DNA of 64,000 bases from a virus. Within the stretch, counting starts at the first letter, position 1; the number at the start of each line of letters is the position of its first letter. The notes beneath the pieces are model-generated. The model worked only from the letters and a program-made list of their open reading frames with translations. It was not told the origin of the DNA and did no database searches. The stretch lies in IMG/VR virus record IMGVR_UViG_3300027708_001637. The stretch is one strand, 5' to 3'. Below, one piece after another: positions 10,401 to 19,081 of the stretch. The translations under genes and the position numbers were made by a program.

Positions 10401-13400
10401 TCTATTTGAGCGGGTACTATAAAAGGAAAACCTGTATTAATTTTGGTCTTTAATGGGTCAAAATTTATATCATCTATTATATTAATTTTAGTTACTGTAA
10501 TATCATTTGGCGAAGTATTTTTTACTGTGAATATGTAAGTGTTAATAGTATTACCCAATAACTGAATATACTGGTTCACCGGATCAACACTAAGCTGTCC
10601 CTGTGCTAACGGAGCATCAACAATAGTTGGAATTTGTCCAGCTATTCCGCCAGTGGAATCAGTTGATACATAAACTTTTACTGTACCAGTAGCTAACGCG
10701 GTATTTCCAGGTGTTGGGGCGATAACAGTGTCAATTGTTGCAGTATTTCCATTAATTCCTTGCACATACATTTTGGATATTGCAGTCCCCCCTGGGATAG
10801 GCAAACTAAAACTACTCAAACCACTTATATAATCTGTTAAAGTAAAGTATCCCTTTTGAGTTCCTAAAAAAGGATTGTTAAAACTAACTTCTATTTGGCC
10901 ACCCAAATTAAAGAAGTTACGTGCAGAATTTGGGAAATCGGTACTAGTAGTCCAATAATAAGTTCTGCTGTATAAATCGTAGATATTATTAGTAGACGTA
11001 TCAATGTTTAACACATTGGGCGCAACTACAAGTTGTTGGGGAGCAACTTTGTCAAAGTTATCTATCAAATTATTAACTAAGACAGTTAACTCATTAGCTT
11101 CCTGAGCAGTTACTCTAGTGCCAGTACTAAGATTTAAATATTTGGGAGGACTATTATTTTGATGTATATATGCAGAGCTAATATCTTTATATAAATCAAT
11201 CCAAGAGGTAGCAGTTACGGTTGCAGATGTTATTTGACTGGCACTATCAGGAAACTGACCATATACATCATGTACCAAATATTTGACTCTATTTTGAATT
11301 CGATCAAAATCATCAGCATAGATAATATTTGCCGATGTCAGTGAAGGAGCCGATACTACATTTGTATTCAATGTAAACTTATGGTTGGTTGATAGGAAAT
11401 AGAATCGATATACATACTTGCCTGAATTAGTCAATGCAAATGTTCGAATGGTCGCAGAGCCTGTGTTATCAAGTCGACCACTACCTATTTCTGACCCCGA
11501 ATATGTAAAATAAGAATTTGGGCTACCATTAGTAATAACAATATCAAAATTTTGACCCAGTGCCACTGAAGTAACAGTTGAATTGTGTGCAGAAACAACA
11601 ATATTTTCGTTATAATCAGGAAATACTGAATGTAATATTAAATTATTAGCACCATTTAAATCGGCATTTACCCCGTAGCCCTGTAGACTAATAGTCAACT
11701 GATCAGCGACTGCATATTGAGTCACAGTGGTTAACGCATCGGCGGGCAATAATGTGGGATTAGTTTGGAGTAAACACGCAATATATCCAGCTACATTGGC
11801 GGCTGCATACGCAGTTCCAGAATCTTTGCCAACATAATAATTTTTATTTCGTACATCTTGAACAGTGGGAGTATATGTGTTTAACTTATTGTTAAAAATT
11901 CCTAAAGGACTATTAATTGCAGTAATTTGATCACTGCCTGGCGCAAATAGGTCCACCCTAGGCCCATTACCACTATACGGAGCCTTGTGTTGATTAACTT
12001 CAGAATCCAATGCACCTACACAAATTACTCCAGATACTGCACCAGGACTAGCACCCTGATGATAGTAGTATGGAGTGCCCCCTGACACAAAATAATTGTT
12101 CCAATTACTATCACTGCTATCCTTAGCACAGTATGCAGAAGTGTCGCCAGGAATACTGACAACAGTTATACCAAGTGAATTAACTGCAAAATCAACTGCA
12201 TTATCCAAATCAATATTACGAACATTTAGATAAAAATTATTATCGCCTAAGTTGGAGTATGGCGCAAATAAACCAAACTGTGTTAATTGAGCAGGAGTTG
12301 GTGATGCATAAGTTGTTCCCTGATAGACAACACTTCCGTTTGGAGATAGACTAACAGTTGTTGCCCAACCTGCAATAATAATTGTAGGATTTTTGTATCC
12401 AGTTTTTGGATTAATTGTCTTGGATATATGGAATTGATTTACAAGATCAAATGCTTTAGCGGTTTGATTATTTGTTGACAACAACGTATAATTTATTGAA
12501 TATATATTTGCTGCCCTTGCCCAACCGTATGTATTACCTGCTGCAATGCCGGCAATGGCTGTTACACGATTGGCATTAGATGTATTATAACCATCAATCG
12601 TAGGATACCCTACACCAGTCCAATCATAATACTTGACTCTACTACCACCAGTGCCATCAGAATATAATGCAAACTCGGGATGATTTGGGTCAATACTACC
12701 CGAATCAAGGATGACAATATCGACATTTAAACCAGCATACGGGATTGATATAGATCCGTCAGTATTATTTTTAACACTGTCGGATCCCCAATTCAATGTG
12801 TTAGTAGTGGTTGAGCTTCGTAATAGTCCCCAATTTAACCAATCATTATTTGGGGGAATATAGCTATATGTTTTATTCCACAGCTTACCTGTTTGAGTGT
12901 AGGATGATATAATGTCGTTTGCATCGTGCGCTATGACTTCAACAGATAAAGATACTCGATTAGTTGTATTAGCAAAATAGAAGTCGTAAGTCTTGATGCC
13001 CGGGGTTGTGAAAACTTGATTAGTTAGTGTAAAGTTTCCAGTAAAATTATTATTAATTGTGCCTTGACCTAAAATTTGGGTACCTATTAATTCATTTTTG
13101 TTATTGAAATAAAACGCACTATTTGAAACACCGCTAGAAATACTAATAGAAAATGGTTGATTAGTGGCAACTGCTGGCAAACTACTAATTACTGTTTCTT
13201 CATTGTTGGGAAATTTTCCAAAAAAGTAGAGATTATTAATGGGAGGTGAAATGGTAGGTACTGAACTTACTATTAAATTTGAAGAAGTTTCAAATATGTG
13301 ATTGCCATAACTGTCCTGCACCACAATACCAAATGATCCCTGATAGGTATTGTTAACAATATTGGCCAGGCCGGAATAACCACCAGTTTGTCCATTGTTG

Positions 13401-16120
13401 TAATTAAATGCAATGCATTTTAGTGTGTTAATACCCTGGTTCAATGTAACAGTGGTAGACGCACTACCTGCGCCATAATATGAATTTACAGTGGTTATAG
13501 CAGCGGTTGCACTACCATTCAAGTAAACCCTTAACTCGTTATCAGCAGCTACAACAAGGGTATATGTGCCAGAAACTGGAGACGTGAAAAATAAAGTTAC
13601 CTCAGTGGGTACGCTGTTAATTGGACTTATTAAATCAGGATTTGGCCAAACTCCATATGTTTGCAAAAAACTCGCATAAAATGACTGGCTGGATTTGTAC
13701 AACTGAACCGATGTTCCAGCTTTATATGAGTTGCTATTAGTAGCAGACGATAACTGATTGATGCCCGCATTGTTAATCAAATAATTTAGTGCAGAATTTT
13801 GCGTGATATCAGGCTTAACTTGTGCAAGACAGGCTAAGAATCCTGCTACCTGTGCTGCGGCATACGCAGTGCCAGATACTTTACCAATTGAGTATCGTTC
13901 ATTCCTAAAATCTGGTATTGCCGTTGGTGTACCTTCATATAAATTTTTAACACCCCTATCCCCGTTAAATGCAACCATAAGATTACTACCAGGCGAGTAT
14001 ATATTAACACCCGGTCCTTTAGCAGAGTAATCAGCAATCTGTTCAATAGCAGTAGCATCAGCAGCACCTACACAAATACCTGCATTACTTGGACTTGCTC
14101 CTTGGTTGTAATTTATTACACCATTGAGATTTGGTGAAGAAACAGTTAATGTATCATTATAATCTAGGCCTGTACTGCTATCTATATAACCTTTGTAATC
14201 ACCGGCACCCCCAACAAATATAAGTCCAACAAGATTAGTACAACGTTTGACTGCGGTAGTAACTGCTGTATTATTTAGATATACTCTAATATCTTTTTGA
14301 TATGGTATGTCCTTAGATAAATCTTTAAATGGTGTGTCAATATAATATGTTGCTAATGTAGCAGTGGAAAATGGACCAGTTTGTACCGACCCTTTGAATT
14401 GAACACTGGTGATATTAGTTGCAGTAAATGCAGGTTGTGTCAGTGTTTGATTGCAAATAACAATTGTAGGATTTTGCAATCCAGTTACAGGGTTTCCAGG
14501 TTTGGTTGAGTGAAAATCATAAACAGCGTTAAATGCTGTGATCAGTTGCAATGACAAATCTTGTGATTCGGTCATCAATGTCAAATCTAGTGTATAAATG
14601 TTTGCATTTCTGGCCCAGCCGTATGTGTTACCAGCAACAATACTTGTGACTGCTGCTGCTGCATTAGCATCTGTACTATGATATCCTTTATCAATGTATT
14701 TTGTTCCAGGTCTTTTAAACCAATCATAATATTTGATTCTACTGCCGCCAGTGCCATCAGGATTAACTGCAAATTCTGGATGTCCAGGATCGGCACTACC
14801 TGATGCAATAACTACTACATCGACATTGGTACCGCTATAAGGAATATCAACAGTACCAACAGTGTTTTGAATACTATCACTTCCCCATTGAAGAACTGTA
14901 GATCCAATATAAGATCTAAATAGTCCCCATTGATCCCATTCATTTCTAGGAGTAATATTCAAGGGTGTCTTGTTCCAATTTTGGCTAGTCTTAGAATATT
15001 TGGATGAAGGCTGTGTGTTAACTAAACTAACTACATCACCTAAAGGCAACACATTTATCGAGTAATTGGTAACGGTACTAAATGGTGTTGGGGTACTACT
15101 ATCAATGGTAGCAATAGAAAAATTAAAGTTACCATTGGTGGTGGGCGTGCCAACAATCGTATCCGATATCAAAGCCATCCCTGCTGGCAAGTTTCCATTA
15201 GAAAGAATGAAATAATAAGGACCAAAGCCACCGGTGGCACCAAATTTTACTGGATTAAATGGTATGGATGTAATACCACGGCCCAATGATCCAGATTTTA
15301 TAATTGGAAATATTTCTACATTCGTAGAGTCAATGGTGATAGATACGGTAGATATATTAGATGTTCCACCGTATCCAGATGCAGTATATGTAAAGCTGTC
15401 AGATCCGCGTCGACCTTTTGTCGGTGTGTAATAAAGCGCTGTACCAACTATAGATACATTACCATTGGTAGGCGGCGACACAACTGCAATACTGGTATAT
15501 TGGTATTGTATTGATAAAGATATTTGCGTTGCAGCACTATTATAAGGTATTGTTACACTAGCAGGTGATGAAACAGGAACATGAAATGATATAGTTATTG
15601 TGACCTGTTTACTACTTGTTTGTCCTGACAAGTCAGTTACAGTTATAGTATACAGCACATTAGAAGATATACTTGTATTACCTGTTATTTGTCCAGTTGT
15701 TGTGTTAAAACTCAATCCAGATGGCAATGCTGGTGATATTGCGAATCTAGCTGACCCATCACCGCCATTTGTAGTTACGGGAGTAATTGGAGAAGTAATG
15801 GTTTGCCCAACATATATCAACACTGGATCAACTGCTACCGCCGTAGTAAGCAATGTATTATAAACGGGAATATTATAATTAAAAGTTCCATCACCAGAAA
15901 ATACCAGTTGTACCACGTGAACACCAATTGAGCCAGATGGGGTAAATGGAACAGTTCCGCTAGTTCCACTATATGCAACTGCACCAGAATCGTATCCACT
16001 TGTTAAATCACGAATGCGCACAGTTCCATTTAGTTGTAGTGCGCCAGAAAAACTTATAGCTGGAGATACTGTGGTTCCTAGTCTGATAGAAGATGGAATA
16101 TTTGATATACTGATGGACAT
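7484..16120 (-). CDS. Giant virion-type protein (2878 aa): Ig-like repeats, two degenerate subtilase (S8) modules, PA14-like domains, hydrophobic segment, C-terminal Hint domain
   Basis: PALPSGLSFNTTTGQITG and GNLPAGMAL (Ig-like); two S8 motif sets; CFSSNTKIEMSDG...VYNLLVDGDGTYNVNG (Hint); TAAATA at 16142-16147. Confidence 0.8.
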   Translation of the reverse strand: MSISISNIPSSIRLGTTVSPAISFSGALQLNGTVRIRDLTSGYDSGAVAYSGTSGTVPFTPSGSIGVHVVQLVFSGDGTFNYNIPVYNTLLTTAVAVDPVLIYVGQTITSPITPVTTNGGDGSARFAISPALPSGLSFNTTTGQITGNTSISSNVLYTITVTDLSGQTSSKQVTITISFHVPVSSPASVTIPYNSAATQISLSIQYQYTSIAVVSPPTNGNVSIVGTALYYTPTKGRRGSDSFTYTASGYGGTSNISTVSITIDSTNVEIFPIIKSGSLGRGITSIPFNPVKFGATGGFGPYYFILSNGNLPAGMALISDTIVGTPTTNGNFNFSIATIDSSTPTPFSTVTNYSINVLPLGDVVSLVNTQPSSKYSKTSQNWNKTPLNITPRNEWDQWGLFRSYIGSTVLQWGSDSIQNTVGTVDIPYSGTNVDVVVIASGSADPGHPEFAVNPDGTGGSRIKYYDWFKRPGTKYIDKGYHSTDANAAAAVTSIVAGNTYGWARNANIYTLDLTLMTESQDLSLQLITAFNAVYDFHSTKPGNPVTGLQNPTIVICNQTLTQPAFTATNITSVQFKGSVQTGPFSTATLATYYIDTPFKDLSKDIPYQKDIRVYLNNTAVTTAVKRCTNLVGLIFVGGAGDYKGYIDSSTGLDYNDTLTVSSPNLNGVINYNQGASPSNAGICVGAADATAIEQIADYSAKGPGVNIYSPGSNLMVAFNGDRGVKNLYEGTPTAIPDFRNERYSIGKVSGTAYAAAQVAGFLACLAQVKPDITQNSALNYLINNAGINQLSSATNSNSYKAGTSVQLYKSSQSFYASFLQTYGVWPNPDLISPINSVPTEVTLFFTSPVSGTYTLVVAADNELRVYLNGSATAAITTVNSYYGAGSASTTVTLNQGINTLKCIAFNYNNGQTGGYSGLANIVNNTYQGSFGIVVQDSYGNHIFETSSNLIVSSVPTISPPINNLYFFGKFPNNEETVISSLPAVATNQPFSISISSGVSNSAFYFNNKNELIGTQILGQGTINNNFTGNFTLTNQVFTTPGIKTYDFYFANTTNRVSLSVEVIAHDANDIISSYTQTGKLWNKTYSYIPPNNDWLNWGLLRSSTTTNTLNWGSDSVKNNTDGSISIPYAGLNVDIVILDSGSIDPNHPEFALYSDGTGGSRVKYYDWTGVGYPTIDGYNTSNANRVTAIAGIAAGNTYGWARAANIYSINYTLLSTNNQTAKAFDLVNQFHISKTINPKTGYKNPTIIIAGWATTVSLSPNGSVVYQGTTYASPTPAQLTQFGLFAPYSNLGDNNFYLNVRNIDLDNAVDFAVNSLGITVVSIPGDTSAYCAKDSSDSNWNNYFVSGGTPYYYHQGASPGAVSGVICVGALDSEVNQHKAPYSGNGPRVDLFAPGSDQITAINSPLGIFNNKLNTYTPTVQDVRNKNYYVGKDSGTAYAAANVAGYIACLLQTNPTLLPADALTTVTQYAVADQLTISLQGYGVNADLNGANNLILHSVFPDYNENIVVSAHNSTVTSVALGQNFDIVITNGSPNSYFTYSGSEIGSGRLDNTGSATIRTFALTNSGKYVYRFYFLSTNHKFTLNTNVVSAPSLTSANIIYADDFDRIQNRVKYLVHDVYGQFPDSASQITSATVTATSWIDLYKDISSAYIHQNNSPPKYLNLSTGTRVTAQEANELTVLVNNLIDNFDKVAPQQLVVAPNVLNIDTSTNNIYDLYSRTYYWTTSTDFPNSARNFFNLGGQIEVSFNNPFLGTQKGYFTLTDYISGLSSFSLPIPGGTAISKMYVQGINGNTATIDTVIAPTPGNTALATGTVKVYVSTDSTGGIAGQIPTIVDAPLAQGQLSVDPVNQYIQLLGNTINTYIFTVKNTSPNDITVTKINIIDDINFDPLKTKINTGFPFIVPAQIDNVPGTTPLSISFQNVSFEKSAGLYNNTIQLISDGVNPILNVPSPIITKFGIDNIPNPIAKAIFGPTTSTFNVVSYAGTYTSYKGTLTNQASGFALINPGINEPVSIGSNTTFNLSTPSQQTMGLLLSNFYLSGNRIPNKNASYRSPFPNPVLVVDVASVPNLNTSTQVILTAIEKNNLSNVATSLVDVEVLIDVQDYNIGSWLSPQNAFNGVVGFSYDMINGQRCLTVGFGMGSGSSPEVWAGAYPNFSLYAMSHLGRKFQTSINQNTSSAIIVSTGLAVWDKTIIRPYENGNIVGSFDNYIHNTIPKSTATSNAFLQTYGVWDGRDSRNTSLSIPTATFLARDAGIYTYNISVGSIVSTSTNVRNAFTITNGVMSGDPYIYATSTATVIIDNGTPIVFTVPKDSDNVISSGDIALTPGLHTIKVDATQAGKFGSVGVTIMNEAGYVVWSTLDVMIPNWAEIGRIYLQDDGKPHTYQMVPNTWSRNLATGTSYSSFFANDSLVTVKDNGLGQLSISQNALVDLSGWIITDGTLLNYPYLFYYFSNAENQIPNNSRYNNIQKGGQYTRYFTGFDPTGKVTYKTVLSPGYIAPPPAIIQRHYQVAGGGGDAQIPFWQKLLLGYLLYTLANYVLGLFGSYTVAGLFQAAIGYVENLLVEAGLDFWTTPAVLDTALGTAESCLAIDYELGTAVLPAVTEEVLLVSEAETAAELFLLEAETTVLTDTAIVAVGGDIAAIVTVGEAADVVATGVVVAEGVAEGATLLEGAAIIAEATCGMCFSSNTKIEMSDGTTKFINEINIGDTVFNHNRTKINTVNFIVTTHYTGQLHSPDISVEPFGSLHHPLIIDEKLVSYIPQYINSNASWLGECAPLTSASNTDAKCIMVYNLLVDGDGTYNVNGFGTTSVFGDGGTLIQCVNQGLITKQKAISILHYFHDTGGTTLKIWYSLNKITSKLNFKFINQLYLKIIKRLTGEL

Positions 16121-16204
16121 TTTAGTTTTGGGCCTTTTTAATATTTAGTCAAGATTTTATAGCAGGCTTGATCATATCTTTAAATATGTATATAATTAAT
16201 TACT

Positions 16205-16981
16205 ATGACAAAAACTTTTAAACACAGCGGTACATTGGGCGATATCGTATATGGCTTGGCCATAATGAAACATTTGGGCGGCGGCGAATTTTATCTACAT
16301 CTTAATCAAGTAGATTGGATTACTAAACATTACTATGGTGGTGCACCCAATCCATTTCATCAAGGGCGTATGACTCAAAAAGATTTTGAGTTTATGCAGG
16401 GCTTTATGATGGTCCAAGATTACATTACTGGGTTTGATATACTTGACCCAAAGACTCAAGAAATTACTCATAACTTAGATAGATTTAGGACGTTATTTGT
16501 TGGACATCCTGCCAATTATATTACAACCTACTGTATGGCATTTAGCATCACCGATCCCTCTACTCAAATTGCAGTCAGCGACGGTCCTTGGTTAAGTGTT
16601 CCTAATCCGCGACCTATTGAAGGTAAGCCTTTTGTAGTTAATCGAACTGCGAGAGGATTCACTCCGCCTGGTTGTAATCCCACGTGGACACAGTGGCGTG
16701 AGGAAGGTGTTGATAAACAAAGCGTGTTTATTGGACTACCCGATGAATACACGGCCTTTAAAGAATTAACAGGTTGGGATATCGAATATTATCCAACTAA
16801 AACATTGTTAGAAGTTGCCGAAGTAATTGCAGGATGCGAACAGTTTTTGGGAAATCAAAGTGTGGCATTGAGTATTGCACAGGGTCTTAGGGTACCCTAT
16901 GCTTACGAAACACGAGTGGATTTGCCAATGGATCGTAACGAATCTTTCTTCCCAAATCACGAAAACGGCAACTATTTCTGA
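16205..16981 (+). CDS. GT-B glycosyltransferase, GT9/heptosyltransferase-like
   Basis: FKHSGTLGDIVY; LLEVAEVIAGCEQFLGNQSVALSIAQGL; promoter TTGATC(16168)-17-TATAAT(16191). Confidence 0.65.
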   Translation: MTKTFKHSGTLGDIVYGLAIMKHLGGGEFYLHLNQVDWITKHYYGGAPNPFHQGRMTQKDFEFMQGFMMVQDYITGFDILDPKTQEITHNLDRFRTLFVGHPANYITTYCMAFSITDPSTQIAVSDGPWLSVPNPRPIEGKPFVVNRTARGFTPPGCNPTWTQWREEGVDKQSVFIGLPDEYTAFKELTGWDIEYYPTKTLLEVAEVIAGCEQFLGNQSVALSIAQGLRVPYAYETRVDLPMDRNESFFPNHENGNYF

Positions 16982-16982
16982 T

Positions 16983-17041
16983 TTGACAAAAAAATATTAG
17001 TGTGTTATAATAATGACTTATTAACACACTTAGGATACAAT
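16983..17041 (+). promoter_or_regulatory. Early-type promoter and leader cassette outside the early region
   Basis: TTGACA 16983, 17 bp, TATAAT 17006, then leader ACTTATTAACACACTTAGGA. Confidence 0.85.
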
Positions 17042-17194
17042 ATGAATCTCTATGAAATTTGGGTTTGCATTAACGGTCGTCAAGTAACTACTCACGTCCA
17101 GCTTCGTGCATCAGACTTCATCACTGCACAGCAAATTGCAGAGGCACAATACGGTGCAGGGAATGTTTTAAATGTGAGACAACTTAGTGACTAA
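17042..17194 (+). CDS. Small hypothetical protein (50 aa)
   Basis: ATG after the AGGA SD; its stop overlaps the GTG start of the next gene. Confidence 0.75.
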   Translation: MNLYEIWVCINGRQVTTHVQLRASDFITAQQIAEAQYGAGNVLNVRQLSD

Positions 17195-17939
17195 AAAGAA
17201 ACTTGGTATAATTCAAACCAGGGGCCTAGGCGATATTATGATTGCCCTGCCCATCGCAAAGTACTATCACGATCAAGACTGGCAAATACATTGGCCAGTC
17301 GTTGATTCTTGGGTAGAACAATTAGAGCACCATGTGCCTTGGATTAAATGGATTCCTATCAAAGCCGATAGTGGACCATTCTTCTACGATATTCCGTTGG
17401 AACGTTTAAAAAACTTTAAATGTGACGAAATACTGTGCCTATACCAATCACTATCGGGTCAATCATTTGACAAAGAACCCTACTTTCAACATACTAGTTT
17501 TGATCAATACAAATACATCCGAGCAGGTGTGCCATTTTTAAACAAATGGAAGCTGGCTGAATGTATTACACGCGATGCAGATCGTGAACAGGCCCTATAC
17601 GACAAATTGATTGCTAACAAACATTATGTAGTGACACATTTAACTGCCAGTTGGACCACAGCTGGGTTTGATCCTAGTGTCATTCCAGAAGATTGGCAAA
17701 TTATTCCCATTACTCAAGAAGGTTATATCTTTGATTGGCTTAAGATCATTGAAGGTGCCGAAAGTGTCATTATGACTGACAGTGTTATGAGCAACGTTGT
17801 AGATCAATTAAACATTGGAACAGATCGTTATTTTATACCATTAAACCATATTCAACTGACACCAGTTTTTGGAAATGATTGGACTTGGTTAGATAATCCT
17901 ACCATCAGTCCCAACGTTAAGATTTTTAGGAGTAGTTAA
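17187..17939 (+). CDS. GT-B glycosyltransferase, GT9/heptosyltransferase-like
   Basis: IIQTRGLGDIMIALPIAKYY; IFDWLKIIEGAESVIMTDS. Confidence 0.65.
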   Translation: MTKKKLGIIQTRGLGDIMIALPIAKYYHDQDWQIHWPVVDSWVEQLEHHVPWIKWIPIKADSGPFFYDIPLERLKNFKCDEILCLYQSLSGQSFDKEPYFQHTSFDQYKYIRAGVPFLNKWKLAECITRDADREQALYDKLIANKHYVVTHLTASWTTAGFDPSVIPEDWQIIPITQEGYIFDWLKIIEGAESVIMTDSVMSNVVDQLNIGTDRYFIPLNHIQLTPVFGNDWTWLDNPTISPNVKIFRSS

Positions 17940-17940
17940 T

Positions 17941-18318
17941 ATGATAGTAACAGCACCTATATCAGTTGGCGAACTAATTGATAAGATTACCATACTACGG
18001 ATTAAAACGCACTTACTAACTGATACCAACAAACTGAAGAATGTAGAATCAGAATTGCAACTATTAGAAGAACTCAGGGATGAGTTACCAATTCCCATTG
18101 AAGTTAATGACTTAGAAAACTTATTGTACAAAGTCAACAAAGAACTGTGGGATATTGAAAACTACAAACGCGCCTGCGAACAAGATCAAAACTTTGGTGA
18201 CGGTTTCGTTAATGCAGCACGTCAAGTTTACTTAAAGAATGATGATCGAGCTAGAATCAAACGTGAGATTAACGTTCTCTGCGGCAGTGCAATTGTAGAA
18301 GAAAAAAGCTACAAATAA
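17941..18318 (+). CDS. DUF6165-like coiled-coil protein
   Basis: APISVGELIDKITILRIK...LWDIE...ARQVYLKNDDRARIKREIN...IVEEKSY. Confidence 0.75.
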   Translation: MIVTAPISVGELIDKITILRIKTHLLTDTNKLKNVESELQLLEELRDELPIPIEVNDLENLLYKVNKELWDIENYKRACEQDQNFGDGFVNAARQVYLKNDDRARIKREINVLCGSAIVEEKSYK

Positions 18319-18337
18319 AAATAGTTTTGACTAATTT

Positions 18338-19078
18338 TTATTCAGAAGGTGGGGGTGGTGGCCAAGAACCTGTATGGGCCACACTTCCACCTAAAGGTGG
18401 CAAATGCTGTATTTCAGGTGGCCGAGGGTCTAACCCCATGATAACATACTCCTGTTGAGAGTCAACATTGGACAAATGGGTTACTAGGAGACCTGTGAAA
18501 TCCAAATCTTCTAATCTAAAATCTGCACTTTTAGTATCATCTAATAATACTGTAGTTGTATTCCTAAGCGAGCTATCTATGAAATTTCCATTAGGATCAA
18601 ATCTCAATCTATATTCTGAATGAGTTTGGTTGTTGCTCCAATAGGTCTTATATTGAGTTACTTGGTTGGTTGTGGGATCGAGATAAAATCCCACAAGATC
18701 TAGATTATATCCATTGGTCAGTGAACCAGCCTGTGTGGATGGGTAGTTTTTGGTTAACCAGTCCCTGTTAGAATCTCGTACCATTAGATAAAAACGCCAC
18801 GGACCATCAGCTGTCAAATAGTCCAAATCTATTACTACTCCTCGATCTGCGTGTCCAATAATCTCTTGAAATTTTGCGCAGGCAGATAATTCAAAACAGT
18901 CAAGTAGTGCAGGAATGTTGTCGTTCACTATAAAAACAGTAATGGTAACTGTACCACTTCGACGAGCCACAAAAATAAATTCTCCGTATTCTGATACGCT
19001 TAGTAGGTCGTTAGGCACTTTGGCTAAAGATGGAAAACGAGTTTTTAATACGTTGGTAATTGTTGAAATATTGTTCAT
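18338..19078 (-). CDS. Hypothetical protein
   Basis: 246-aa ORF co-oriented with the upstream fibre gene. Confidence 0.65.
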   Translation of the reverse strand: MNNISTITNVLKTRFPSLAKVPNDLLSVSEYGEFIFVARRSGTVTITVFIVNDNIPALLDCFELSACAKFQEIIGHADRGVVIDLDYLTADGPWRFYLMVRDSNRDWLTKNYPSTQAGSLTNGYNLDLVGFYLDPTTNQVTQYKTYWSNNQTHSEYRLRFDPNGNFIDSSLRNTTTVLLDDTKSADFRLEDLDFTGLLVTHLSNVDSQQEYVIMGLDPRPPEIQHLPPLGGSVAHTGSWPPPPPSE

Positions 19079-19081
19079 AAA

